36,162 bases of DNA from a virus, in IMG/VR virus record IMGVR_UViG_2788500025_000001, positions 1 to 36,162 of that record. One strand, given 5' to 3'. Below the pieces are notes generated by a model. That model did not search any database and was not told where the DNA came from. It saw only the letters and a program-made list of their open reading frames with translations. Both the position numbers and the translations under genes were made by a program. This document shows positions 25,877 through 35,058 of the stretch, piece after piece (within the stretch, counting starts at the first letter, position 1; each line of letters begins with the position of its first letter).

Positions 25877-25944
25877 GGAGGGGGTGGTCCTCACCTCTCC
25901 TTTCCTGTTTGTGAGGCTCCAGGGGTATCGTGCCCCTGGAGCCT
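25877..25944 (+). terminator. Two consecutive hairpins ending the structural unit
   Basis: GGAGGGGGTG/CACCTCTCC followed by TTT, then perfect 12-bp stem AGGCTCCAGGGG/CCCCTGGAGCCT. Confidence 0.6.
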
Positions 25945-25957
25945 TGCTCGTTTTGGG

Positions 25958-26209
25958 ATGGAGATGACCATGACCCCCTACCGCACCAAAGACCTCTACT
26001 ACTCCGCGTACCTGCGTGTAGCAGGGGTGCCGTTCCTGGGTGCGGAACGCACGGACCACGGGAAGGTGGTCTTCCTGTTTGAGGACCAAGGGCCAGGCGC
26101 GATGCGTGATCTCAAGAGGGGTTATTTCTCGGACCAGGCCAAGGTCTCGGCCATGTCGTTCGTCCAGATGATCCGAGCCATGAAGTCGCTCACATTCTCG
26201 ACCCGGTAG
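25958..26209 (+). CDS. Small DUF5659-like phage protein
   Basis: TKDLYYSAYLRVAG...GKVVFLFED pattern; real start may be 25964 or 25970. Confidence 0.65.
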   Translation: MEMTMTPYRTKDLYYSAYLRVAGVPFLGAERTDHGKVVFLFEDQGPGAMRDLKRGYFSDQAKVSAMSFVQMIRAMKSLTFSTR

Positions 26210-26248
26210 TAGGGGGTCCACGACGCGGCTGGACGGGTATGACAGGTC

Positions 26249-26740
26249 ATGTCGCTACCCCTACAGGTCATCGAAGGCATCTTCATCCAGGACGCGGACG
26301 GCTTCTCTGTCCAGTCCTCCGAAGGCCACGTCTCCCTTGACCAGGTGCTCTCGGAGTTGGCAGGCCGGGACGTCGAGGTCCACCTTCACTACCTCCCACC
26401 CTCTCCCCCTGACACGTCCCTTCCGGGCGCTGGCTCCTGTCTCTGGGGTGGACACTGTCCGCACGGGCACAAGGACAACCCTGGTTGGCTGTTCCGCCAG
26501 GACGCGAGGGGGATGCTCACCGAAGAGTGCGAACACGAGTGGTCGGTAGGCGGTGATCCCTTGCGCCTGGACCTGATGCCAGGACACCGGGGTCGCCTTG
26601 TCGTCCTTGACGAGGAAGCCCTGAAAGAACCCGAGCCGGACGACCTTCAATCCCCAGACGACCTCCTTCGTGAAGCCGAGGCGATGGTCCACCTCCTGCA
26701 AGGTCTCCAAAAGGCAGTGAAGAATGACCCAGACGTATAG
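26249..26740 (+). CDS. Hypothetical protein
   Basis: Coding-like ORF overlapping the recD2 start; CLWGGHCPHGH may bind metal. Confidence 0.7.
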   Translation: MSLPLQVIEGIFIQDADGFSVQSSEGHVSLDQVLSELAGRDVEVHLHYLPPSPPDTSLPGAGSCLWGGHCPHGHKDNPGWLFRQDARGMLTEECEHEWSVGGDPLRLDLMPGHRGRLVVLDEEALKEPEPDDLQSPDDLLREAEAMVHLLQGLQKAVKNDPDV

Positions 26741-28967
26741 CGGGCGCGTGACCTCTGTTGTCTACCAGTCCGAAGACTTCCGAATCCTCAAGGCCCTCAT
26801 TGACGGAGGTAAGCCCCAACCCGTGACCGTGCGGGGTCACTTCCCAGCCCAGAATGTGGTGGTGGGGTCATGGGTGTCCTTTGAGGCGAAGTGGGTGTCC
26901 CACGCTCAGTACGGCAGGCAGATGACGGTGACCCGAAGCCCGGTGAGCGTGAAGACCTGGACGGATGATCGTGTGCTCTCAGCACTGTCGGCCAACCAGG
27001 TAGGCCCGCAGTTGCGGCTCCAGTTGCAGTTGTACGCGAAGGGTGCCGGACTGACCCTGGCCGACGCTCTGGATGCAGGGCTTGACGGGATGGACCTGGA
27101 GGACTTGACCAAAATCTACGTTGTGGGTCGTTGGAAGGCTCTGCGGACCCACCTGGACGCCGCCCAGTTCCTTTCGGACGCTGGCGTACCCCCGAAGGTC
27201 ATTGGCAAGGTCTGGTCTGTCCTGGGTGAGGACCTGGAGGAAAGGATCACGGAGGACCCGTGGATCCTTGTCCGCCTCGGTGGGATCTCCTTCAAGGAGG
27301 CCGACGAGGTAGCCATGCGCCTGGGTGTGGACATCAACAACAAAGGCCGCATGAACGGAGCGGTCCTCACCGCTGTTCAGGACGTGGCTTCCGAAGGACA
27401 TGTCTACGCCGGGACCGGTCAGATCGTGAAGATGGTGGGCAAGATGCTCGCCAACACCCCCTCCCCCAGTGCCGTGGCTGAGGCCATCAAGGACCTCGTT
27501 GCCAGCAAGCAGTTGAACGTGAACCGCGCCTTCGGTGGCGTGTCCGTTTACGAGCCGTGGGTGGAAGAGATGGAGAGGGCCTGTGCTGACATGCTGCTCC
27601 AACGCAACGAGGATGCGGCCTCACCACTGACCCAGGATCACGTCAACGGCGAGTTGGACAAGTGGGCGCAGGGTCGTAGGGTCACCCTGACTGACACCCA
27701 GCGGCTTGCGGCGCTCCGTGCCTTGACGGACCCCATCAGCGTGCTCACCGGACTTCCCGGAACAGGCAAGACGACCACGCTCCACGCAATCGTGTCCGTG
27801 TTGAACGATGCCAATGTACCCTTCCTACTCGTGGCCCCCACGGGCATCGCAGCCAAGCGGCTGGCGACTGTCACCTACTCGGCGGCTTCGACGGTCCACC
27901 GTGCTTTCAGCGCAAAGGGCTGGAATGATGAGGAGCGAGAAGCCACCTACGTCGGGATTACGGGTGCTGCGGAAGCGAAGCGCGGCGTGGACACGAAGGG
28001 AGAGCAGTGGGGCTACGGCCCTGGCAACCCTCACCCCGCCCAGGTCGTGATCGTGGACGAGTCCTCGATGCTTGATCTCCACATGCTGTACCGACTGCTC
28101 CAGGGCACGTCCGACGAGTGCCGGTTGGTGTTCGTGGGAGATCCCTACCAGTTGCCCAGCGTTGGAGCGGGCGACGTGCTCCGTGATCTCAGGGACAGTG
28201 AGCGTTTTCCGCACACTCACCTCCACGAGATCTTCCGGCAGGACGGCACCTCAAGCATTGTCACCGCAGCGCACGCCATCCATGCAGGCAAGGCCCCGGA
28301 CATGTCTGACCGGGACTTCATGTTGATCGCCACGGACGGGGACGACGACGGGCTGGAGGCTCGCAGGGTGATCCGCAAGATCTCGACCCGGCTGTTCGAC
28401 AAGCGCGAGAACTTCCAGGTGCTCTCGCCACGCCACAAGGGAGAGGCTGGGGTCACGAACCTCAACGAGATCCTGCGTATGTCCATCAACCCACCTGGCC
28501 CTGGACGTGCCGAGCGGAACCTGGCTGGCGGGGTCGTCCGTGAAGGTGACCGGATCATGGTGATCAAGAACGACTACGACCAGGGCGTCTACAACGGCGA
28601 CGTGGGGAAGGTCCACATGATCGACCACCGCAAGAAGCGGCTGTCGATCCGAGTGTTCGGGCCACCCGGCCAGCCGGAACAGGAGGTCACCTACGATCTC
28701 ACGAAGGGGACACCACCCATCCGTTTGGCCTACGCCCAGACCATCCACAAGAGCCAGGGGCAGGAGTACGACATCATCGTGGTGCCCATGCTCAAGACCT
28801 TCGGCTGGCAGTTGCAGCGCAACCTGCTCTACACCGCCATCACCCGAGCGAAGAAGCGCGTGTTCATCGTTGGTCACGCCGACGCCGTGATGAGGGCTGT
28901 CCGAAACGACCGGGCAGATCAGCGGAACACCCACCTTTCAGACCGGCTGAAGGTCGAGGGGGGTTGA
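26724..28967 (+). CDS. recD2: RecD2-like SF1B ATP-dependent DNA helicase
   Basis: N-terminal OB fold (HAQYGRQ), GISFKEADEVA, Walker A GLPGTGKTT, APTGIAAKRL, IVDESSM, GDPYQLPSVGAG, YAQTIHKSQGQEY, RNLLYTAITRAK. Confidence 0.95.
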   Translation: MTQTYSGRVTSVVYQSEDFRILKALIDGGKPQPVTVRGHFPAQNVVVGSWVSFEAKWVSHAQYGRQMTVTRSPVSVKTWTDDRVLSALSANQVGPQLRLQLQLYAKGAGLTLADALDAGLDGMDLEDLTKIYVVGRWKALRTHLDAAQFLSDAGVPPKVIGKVWSVLGEDLEERITEDPWILVRLGGISFKEADEVAMRLGVDINNKGRMNGAVLTAVQDVASEGHVYAGTGQIVKMVGKMLANTPSPSAVAEAIKDLVASKQLNVNRAFGGVSVYEPWVEEMERACADMLLQRNEDAASPLTQDHVNGELDKWAQGRRVTLTDTQRLAALRALTDPISVLTGLPGTGKTTTLHAIVSVLNDANVPFLLVAPTGIAAKRLATVTYSAASTVHRAFSAKGWNDEEREATYVGITGAAEAKRGVDTKGEQWGYGPGNPHPAQVVIVDESSMLDLHMLYRLLQGTSDECRLVFVGDPYQLPSVGAGDVLRDLRDSERFPHTHLHEIFRQDGTSSIVTAAHAIHAGKAPDMSDRDFMLIATDGDDDGLEARRVIRKISTRLFDKRENFQVLSPRHKGEAGVTNLNEILRMSINPPGPGRAERNLAGGVVREGDRIMVIKNDYDQGVYNGDVGKVHMIDHRKKRLSIRVFGPPGQPEQEVTYDLTKGTPPIRLAYAQTIHKSQGQEYDIIVVPMLKTFGWQLQRNLLYTAITRAKKRVFIVGHADAVMRAVRNDRADQRNTHLSDRLKVEGG

Positions 28968-28986
28968 TCCCTTTCCGGGTTGGGTA
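28957..28986 (+). promoter_or_regulatory. Putative second-class promoter AGGGGGGTTGATCC-N12-GGTA
   Basis: 14-nt identity with 30321-30334 and the same spacing to GGTA. Confidence 0.6.
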
Positions 28987-29037
28987 AGAGCAGGAACCGC
29001 CCCCAGAGGGCCGGACAACATGGACCCGGAGTGAATC

Positions 29038-29475
29038 ATGGCTGACCAAGCCCACCTCAAGCACATCAAAGACACCGTGGACCGCGTCAAAGGCAAGATG
29101 CGGATCACGAAGGTCGTCGCCACCCGAGCCGTCAAGACGAAGCAGGGTGACTTTTTCGCTGGCATGTCTGCCGCATGGGACACTGTGCAAGACGACGCTG
29201 GCGGGATGGGGGCCGACACCGACATTTCCACGGACACCGCCGACAGCGCAGCCTCTGGTATGACCCTCGTGGAAGCACAGGTCGCCCACATCCTTCTCTC
29301 CATGGAGGCGAGCATCGGGGCTCACCGTGCCGCACTGTCGGACGGGGCCATCAGCGAGTCCCGCTTTGACGACAAGGTCAAGCACCTCAAGCGCAACGCG
29401 CTCGCCCACCTGTCCCGCATCCTTCCGAAGCCGGAAGCGCAGGCCATGGTGGATTCCGCAGCACAGGTCGCGTAG
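29038..29475 (+). CDS. Hypothetical protein
   Basis: GGAG RBS, coding-like, within the recombination operon. Confidence 0.8.
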   Translation: MADQAHLKHIKDTVDRVKGKMRITKVVATRAVKTKQGDFFAGMSAAWDTVQDDAGGMGADTDISTDTADSAASGMTLVEAQVAHILLSMEASIGAHRAALSDGAISESRFDDKVKHLKRNALAHLSRILPKPEAQAMVDSAAQVA

Positions 29476-29483
29476 GAGGAGCC

Positions 29484-30311
29484 ATGACGCAACCTACCCA
29501 CACCCTCCCCGAGATCACCGTGAACGTGGTCGAGTCGGTGTTCCGCCGACTCTCCACTATGGAGGTCGAACTCGACGCGGACCCCTTGAAGTATGGGCCG
29601 AAGCGGCTCAACGGCAAGGTGGCCGAAGCGCGGGGGATGCTTACCGAGTGTGAAAGCATCTTCCTCGACGTCTCGCTCTGGCTCCAGAAGTACCGTGCGG
29701 CCCACCGCACGCTGGAAACAGAGATGGACCTGGCGAAGAAGCACCTCTACGCCAACGATCCTGAGGTTCGGGCAGGCCGGAACGTGGCCGACCGTGATGC
29801 TCTCGCGACCATGAAGTTGCGGGATCAAGCGCGGGGGCTCTCCTCGGTGGCCCAGTCCCAGTCGGACCTGGAGGCCATGCTCACCGTCGTGAAGGCGAAG
29901 CGGGCAGACCTCAAGGACGTGCAAGGCCGCCTGCGGGACCAGATGAAGTTGTGCCACGAGGAGATCAGCCTCGGCGGTCGTTGGGGCAGCAAGCCTGCTC
30001 CTGGCACGAAGGCACCTGACCTCGACGAAGCACCCAACGTGGACAAGAAGACCCTCAGGGATCTGCATGAGATGTTCACGGGTGACCGGGCTGCGGAGCC
30101 TGACCTCGCTGCCGTCGTCCCTCCCGTGGAGGAACCCACCCCGGCTTCGGAGCCTGTAGAGGCTGTCGAGGACCAGAGTGATCCGCCCTCCCAGGAGACC
30201 AACGGCATGGTGGATGACGAGGCCGACGAGTTCCTGGCAGCCATCGAAACCCCCGCCACTGGGCGGGATCTCAAGAACCTGGACGACCTTCTGGACGACC
30301 TGGACCTCTAA
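29484..30311 (+). CDS. Coiled-coil protein with acidic tail (possible UvsY-like recombination mediator)
   Basis: AGGAGG RBS; helical N-terminal half, disordered acidic C-terminus ending LDDLLDDLDL; next to the SSB and RecA genes. Confidence 0.6.
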   Translation: MTQPTHTLPEITVNVVESVFRRLSTMEVELDADPLKYGPKRLNGKVAEARGMLTECESIFLDVSLWLQKYRAAHRTLETEMDLAKKHLYANDPEVRAGRNVADRDALATMKLRDQARGLSSVAQSQSDLEAMLTVVKAKRADLKDVQGRLRDQMKLCHEEISLGGRWGSKPAPGTKAPDLDEAPNVDKKTLRDLHEMFTGDRAAEPDLAAVVPPVEEPTPASEPVEAVEDQSDPPSQETNGMVDDEADEFLAAIETPATGRDLKNLDDLLDDLDL

Positions 30312-30320
30312 TCCGGCAGC

Positions 30321-30350
30321 AGGGGGGTTGATCCTCCTGCGTGTTGGGTA
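30321..30350 (+). promoter_or_regulatory. Putative second-class promoter AGGGGGGTTGATCC-N12-GGTA
   Basis: As 28957-28986. Confidence 0.6.
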
Positions 30351-30425
30351 CAACCCATTGGGCGCACCAAACATCAACGCTTCATAAGCACATGAACTTT
30401 CAACCCGCGCCCTGGAGACAACATC

Positions 30426-31154
30426 ATGACTGATGGATTCATCGACTTTTCATTCGGTTCCGGCGACGACGCTCTCAAGAAGAAGTCCTCGCGCTACAAG
30501 CCTGAGACCGGGGTCACCGACCGCGCCTCCTTCGTGTGGTTCAACGACTACACCGACGAGGGGATGCCCACCGAAGGCTCCCAGCCGAAGTTCGCCGGAT
30601 GCGAGCGCACCAAGTACGACAGCCGCGTTGGAGTCGTCCTGCTCACCCCGGACAACCGGGACGAGATCCTGCGGATCCTCCGCACCGACCCCCAGCACCG
30701 CGTTGCTTCGGTGATCTGCGTCTGGCCGACCGACAAGGACGGTGAGTTGGACGTGTCCTCCTTCAAGGCGGGCAAGGGCTGGAAGGTCCAGCCGTGGGTT
30801 TTCGACCCCGGCAAGTACAACCAGATCAAGAACGTGAACAAGCGGTTCCCGCTCACTGGTCACGACCTGTCCATGACTTGCACGGACGGCACCTTCCACA
30901 AGATGACCTTCACCCCCGAGGGTGAGTCGCTTCTGGACAAGTACCTCAACGCCAAGAACGAAGACCTCCAGGCAGTTGGTCGCAAGATCATCGCTGAGGC
31001 TCGTCGTGTCGCAGACGGCATCTACCGCGACCTCGCCCGGTCCATGACCCCTGACGAGGTCCGTGAGGCCATCGGTGAGGAGGTCGCCCCCTCCGGTGGC
31101 GGCGGTTCCCACACTGACGCGAACGTGGACAACCTGCTCGACGACGTGTTGTAG
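30426..31154 (+). CDS. Putative single-stranded DNA-binding protein (T4 gp32-like)
   Basis: Aromatic/beta-rich core, GHDLSMTC, acidic tail NVDNLLDDVL; located before ruvC and recA. Confidence 0.6.
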   Translation: MTDGFIDFSFGSGDDALKKKSSRYKPETGVTDRASFVWFNDYTDEGMPTEGSQPKFAGCERTKYDSRVGVVLLTPDNRDEILRILRTDPQHRVASVICVWPTDKDGELDVSSFKAGKGWKVQPWVFDPGKYNQIKNVNKRFPLTGHDLSMTCTDGTFHKMTFTPEGESLLDKYLNAKNEDLQAVGRKIIAEARRVADGIYRDLARSMTPDEVREAIGEEVAPSGGGGSHTDANVDNLLDDVL

Positions 31155-31155
31155 G

Positions 31156-31848
31156 GTGAAGGTACTCGGTCTCGACCCGTCACTGACGAACTACGGTTGG
31201 GCCGTACACGAAACAAGCGCCCCTGTCGGCACGCCAGAACGGCTTGTCGCACGGGGGCGTTTTCGTACCCCGTCGAAGATGGAGTTCATCGAGCGGTACA
31301 AGGCACAGCGGGAATCCCTGCGTGCTGTGATCCGCGAGTACCGCCCCGACCGGGTGGGCATCGAGTTCCCTGTCTTCGACAACCTGTGGTCCGAAGGCAT
31401 GTACGGTCTGTTCCTGTACTCCTGCGAAGCCCTCCGTGCCGAGTGCATGGATGTGGTCTTCTGGTCCCCCCTGCAAGCCAAAGCCCATGCTCGCGACACC
31501 CTCGACCGTCCGAAGGGATGGAAGATGGACAAGGTGGACATGTGCGAGGCCGCGAAGCAGGACGTGGGTGGCGGGCGCAACTGGAACCACAACGAGGCAG
31601 ACGCCTACCTGGTCGCGGTCCTGGCGGGCCGTTTCTGGGACTTCTACGACGAGACGCTGGAGGAAGGGGGGTTGACCCCGACCGAAAGTCGGTACTTCAC
31701 AAAGGTCCACACCTACGTCCGAGGGGCGAAGGCTGGCAAGACAATCAAGAAGGGAGTGATCTACCGAGAGTCGGATCGCTTCTTCATGTGGTCCCGACTG
31801 CGGGCCGAGGAGATTAACGATGGCACGAAAGACAAAGAAGAAAAGTGA
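31156..31848 (+). CDS. ruvC: RuvC-like Holliday junction resolvase
   Basis: VLGLDPSLTNYGWAV, PDRVGIE, HNEADA catalytic motifs; GTG start. Confidence 0.85.
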   Translation: MKVLGLDPSLTNYGWAVHETSAPVGTPERLVARGRFRTPSKMEFIERYKAQRESLRAVIREYRPDRVGIEFPVFDNLWSEGMYGLFLYSCEALRAECMDVVFWSPLQAKAHARDTLDRPKGWKMDKVDMCEAAKQDVGGGRNWNHNEADAYLVAVLAGRFWDFYDETLEEGGLTPTESRYFTKVHTYVRGAKAGKTIKKGVIYRESDRFFMWSRLRAEEINDGTKDKEEK

Positions 31849-33043
31849 TGCGGGAGGCAGCGCGGCCCTTGCGGGAGCGGCCAGTCCGTTGTCTGCGGTC
31901 ACGGCTTACCTGACCGAGAAGAAGGGTAAGGAGTTCACCGGCATCGTGGTGGCGATGGACGACAGCACGGTCCAGGAGTCCCTGCCTCACATCAGCAGTG
32001 GCAGCATCGTCATCGACTACCTGATCGGCGGCGAGCAGAACCAGTTCGGGGTCTCCCCCTGTCCGGGCTTCCCCCGAGGCCGGGTCACCCAGGTCTGGGG
32101 TCACGAGTCCGCTGGCAAGACCACCCTGTGCCTGGAGGCTGTGGCTCAGTGCTGCGCTGACGGTGGCACTGCGGTCTTCATTGACTGGGAGAACGACATC
32201 GTTCCCGACTACGCGGCAGCGTTGGGCGTCCCCATCACTGACCCAAACAAGTTCATGCTCCTTCAGCCAGACACGTTGGAGGACGGGATCAAGTACGCGA
32301 TGGCTTACGCCACGGCTGGCGTGGACCTGATCATCTTCGACTCCGTGGGTGCTGCTGTGACCCGGCGCATCGCCGAGCGTGATGCTCTCGACGTAGCCGA
32401 GCAGTCGAAGGTCGCAGAACTCCAGTCTGTGTGGTCCCAAGAGTTGCCCAACATCAAGGGCACCATCGCTCGCAGCGGCACCGCTGTGGTCGGGATCAGC
32501 CAGATCCGAGCCAACATGAACACCGGCCCCGGTGCGAAGACGAAGCCTCAGGGAGGCAACGCCTGGAAGTTTTACGCCGCCGTCCGCCTGGAGTTGCGCC
32601 GCGTCCAGAACGAAAAGGCCCGTGAGTACAACGACTTGACCCACAAGACCGACGAGCGCGTGATCGGTGGGATCATCAAGGCGAAGACGGTCAAGTGCAA
32701 GGTGTCTCGGTCCCAGGGCCGCGAGGAGATCTTCTACATCCGCTGGGGTGAGGGCATCGACAACGTGCGGACGGTCATTGAGATCGCGAAGTCCCACGGG
32801 ATCATCAAGGGGTCCTCCTGGTTGACCTGGGCTGACGCACCCGGAGGCCCGCTCAAGTTGCAGGGTTCCGAGAAGTTGCGGAAGCACATGCTCGCCAACC
32901 CCGATCACTTTGAGGCATTGAAGGCGAAGGTCATGCCGTTCCTCGGATCTGGTGGCGCTGATACCTTCACCGACGAGGAGGTCATCGATCCAGAGATGTC
33001 CGCATTGGACGCTCAGATGGCAGCAGCAGGGATCGACCTGTAG
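31820..33043 (+). CDS. recA: RecA recombinase
   Basis: GFPRGRVTQVWGHESAGKTT, FIDWEN, IIFDSV, ISQIR, GGNAWKFYAAVRLELRR. Confidence 0.95.
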   Translation: MARKTKKKSDAGGSAALAGAASPLSAVTAYLTEKKGKEFTGIVVAMDDSTVQESLPHISSGSIVIDYLIGGEQNQFGVSPCPGFPRGRVTQVWGHESAGKTTLCLEAVAQCCADGGTAVFIDWENDIVPDYAAALGVPITDPNKFMLLQPDTLEDGIKYAMAYATAGVDLIIFDSVGAAVTRRIAERDALDVAEQSKVAELQSVWSQELPNIKGTIARSGTAVVGISQIRANMNTGPGAKTKPQGGNAWKFYAAVRLELRRVQNEKAREYNDLTHKTDERVIGGIIKAKTVKCKVSRSQGREEIFYIRWGEGIDNVRTVIEIAKSHGIIKGSSWLTWADAPGGPLKLQGSEKLRKHMLANPDHFEALKAKVMPFLGSGGADTFTDEEVIDPEMSALDAQMAAAGIDL

Positions 33044-33073
33044 GGGTTTGGGTAAGACCCCACAGGAGGCCAC

Positions 33074-34165
33074 ATGGCTGTTCAAGTCCGAGTCCGAAAC
33101 TTCCAGAGCATCGAGGATGCGTCCGTCACCATCGACGGACTCACCGTGGTGACTGGAGCCAATCACAGTGGGAAGACCGCGTTCATGCGAGCCATTCGTG
33201 GGGTGTTCACCAACGCCCCTCCCGGCCCGCTTGTTCGACACGGGTGTGCTCACCTGTCGGTGGCCCTCACCTTTGACGACGGCACCTCCGTGCTGTGGGA
33301 GAAGGGCTGGGAGAAACCGGGTCGCAAGGGCAAGACCATCAACCGCTACACGGTCAACGGGAAGCAGATCGCTACCGTTGGTCGTGGCGTGCCTCCCGAG
33401 GTCGAGGAGTTGGGCGTGCGCGAGATCAGTGCGGCATCCGATAGGGTGTGGCCCCAGATCGCCCAGCAGTTTGACGGCACCCTGTTCCTGGTCAACAGGC
33501 CGGGTTCCGCTATCGCAGAGGCACTGTCCGACGTGAAGCGGGTCGGTGCTCTCTCGACGGCCCTGAAGGCTTCCGAAAAGGACCGCAGGGCGACCAATGC
33601 GGAGTTGAAGATCCGCCGCAAGGACATCGAGGTCAACAAAATCTCCGTTGAGAGGTTCGACGGCCTTGATTCGGTATCCGGCCAGGTTCAACTCCTCGGA
33701 GAGGGTTTGGCCGATGTAGAGGCGTTGGTCTCGGAGATGGGTGAGATCACGAAACTCCGAGACCGACACGTCGCCGCAACCCAAGACGCAGAAGCCCTCG
33801 ACGGCTTTGACCCTGCGATGATCCCGGACACAAAGGCGGTCAAGATTCAGCAGGGCATTGTGAAGGTCCGAGGGTACGCCGACCGTCTCCGCAAGGCCCG
33901 TGCTGTCCGGGACCGGCTCCAGGGCTTTGAGGAGATCACCCTCCCCAACCCCGCACGGCTGGCCGAGATCAAGTCCCAGCGGTCTGCTGTGGAGGCATTG
34001 AAGAAGCGCCTGGCCGCCGGGCGGAAGGAGGATGCTTTCCAGCAGGATGCCCTCAACGAATCGACCACCGCCCTGGCAGAAGCCGAGGCCGAGGTTCAGC
34101 GGCTTCTGGGCGAACGCGGCATCTGTCCCACCTGCAACACCATCCATGAGGGAGCACACCCATGA
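33074..34165 (+). CDS. sbcC: SbcC/Rad50-like ATPase, N-terminal half only (ends at zinc hook)
   Basis: VRNFQS, Walker A GANHSGKT, Q-loop IAQQFD, coiled coil, terminal CPTC; no signature motif or Walker B. Confidence 0.8.
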   Translation: MAVQVRVRNFQSIEDASVTIDGLTVVTGANHSGKTAFMRAIRGVFTNAPPGPLVRHGCAHLSVALTFDDGTSVLWEKGWEKPGRKGKTINRYTVNGKQIATVGRGVPPEVEELGVREISAASDRVWPQIAQQFDGTLFLVNRPGSAIAEALSDVKRVGALSTALKASEKDRRATNAELKIRRKDIEVNKISVERFDGLDSVSGQVQLLGEGLADVEALVSEMGEITKLRDRHVAATQDAEALDGFDPAMIPDTKAVKIQQGIVKVRGYADRLRKARAVRDRLQGFEEITLPNPARLAEIKSQRSAVEALKKRLAAGRKEDAFQQDALNESTTALAEAEAEVQRLLGERGICPTCNTIHEGAHP

Positions 34166-34599
34166 GTCAGAACAGTCTGTTTGCCTACCGCGAGTCCGAG
34201 CGGACCACGGGGGAGAAGCGTCGAATCGCTGTGTACCACTACATGCTCACCCAGGGGGATGAGGGGGCCACCGACGACGAGATGATCAACACGCTGGGGA
34301 TCAAGCACGCAAGCATGGCAGGCACCCGCCTCCAGTTGATGCGTCTGGGCGCGGTGGTCAAGACCACGAAGCGCCGGAAGACGGCAGCAGGCAACCCTGC
34401 CGACGTCTACGTCGCCGTCCCTGGCTTCAACGTCCGCAAGGCTCCCCCGAAGACCGAGCGGGATCACATGCTCACCGCAGCCCGGAAGAAGATCAAGGAG
34501 ATGTCTGACGACGAGTTGCGTGCGTTCCTGGCCGAGGGGTCCGACGAACACGAGGAGGTCGAAGACCTGCTTGATTTCTACTCGGAGTTCCGGGAGTAG
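34162..34599 (+). CDS. Winged-helix DNA-binding protein (paralog of 34657-35058)
   Basis: YHYMLTQGDEGATDDEM...LGIKHAS...L...GAVVKT..RRKTAAG. Confidence 0.75.
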   Translation: MSQNSLFAYRESERTTGEKRRIAVYHYMLTQGDEGATDDEMINTLGIKHASMAGTRLQLMRLGAVVKTTKRRKTAAGNPADVYVAVPGFNVRKAPPKTERDHMLTAARKKIKEMSDDELRAFLAEGSDEHEEVEDLLDFYSEFRE

Positions 34600-34656
34600 G
34601 GGGTCGTGATCCCACTCCAGCCGGTATCTCAAGGAGTACCTTCACCAGGAGATGAC

Positions 34657-35058
34657 ATGCCTTCCAATCGAGTCCGCCTCTACCATTACTTCCTCACCCA
34701 GGGGAAGTCCGGCTCTACCGACGAGGAGGCTGAGGACGCCCTCGGCCTCCCCCACCAGACGGTGAGTGCTGTGCGTGGGGAACTCGTCAAGGCGGGAGCC
34801 GTGGTGGACACGGACCTGTGCCGTTGGACGCGCAGTGGCAAGAAGGCGACCGTGCGAGTCGGGGTCCCCGACGTGGACGTGTCCCGTCGTCTGCCCACGA
34901 CCGTAGTCGAGGAGAAGCAGCGGTGGATCCGTGCCCAGATCCGCAACGTGAACGAGTCCGTCCTGGACGACATCATCGACACGATCCAGGAGGCACAGAA
35001 GCCGCCTGGCCACGTCGAGCAGTTGACCATCATGGACCTGTTCGGCGAACGGCTGTGA
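34657..35058 (+). CDS. Winged-helix DNA-binding protein (paralog of 34162-34599)
   Basis: YHYFLTQGKSGSTDEEA...LGLPHQT...L...GAVVDT..CRWTRSG; AGGAG RBS. Confidence 0.75.
   Translation: MPSNRVRLYHYFLTQGKSGSTDEEAEDALGLPHQTVSAVRGELVKAGAVVDTDLCRWTRSGKKATVRVGVPDVDVSRRLPTTVVEEKQRWIRAQIRNVNESVLDDIIDTIQEAQKPPGHVEQLTIMDLFGERL

Noticed and set aside
2087-26220. Other CGGTAG hexamers (e.g. 2087, 19144-19149 on -, 26204) as late promoters
   Set aside because: Lack the CNAT element at the fixed 5-nt spacing
31814-34159. 781-aa ORF on - strand
   Set aside because: Antisense shadow of recA and sbcC, which share a frame; no recognisable protein features
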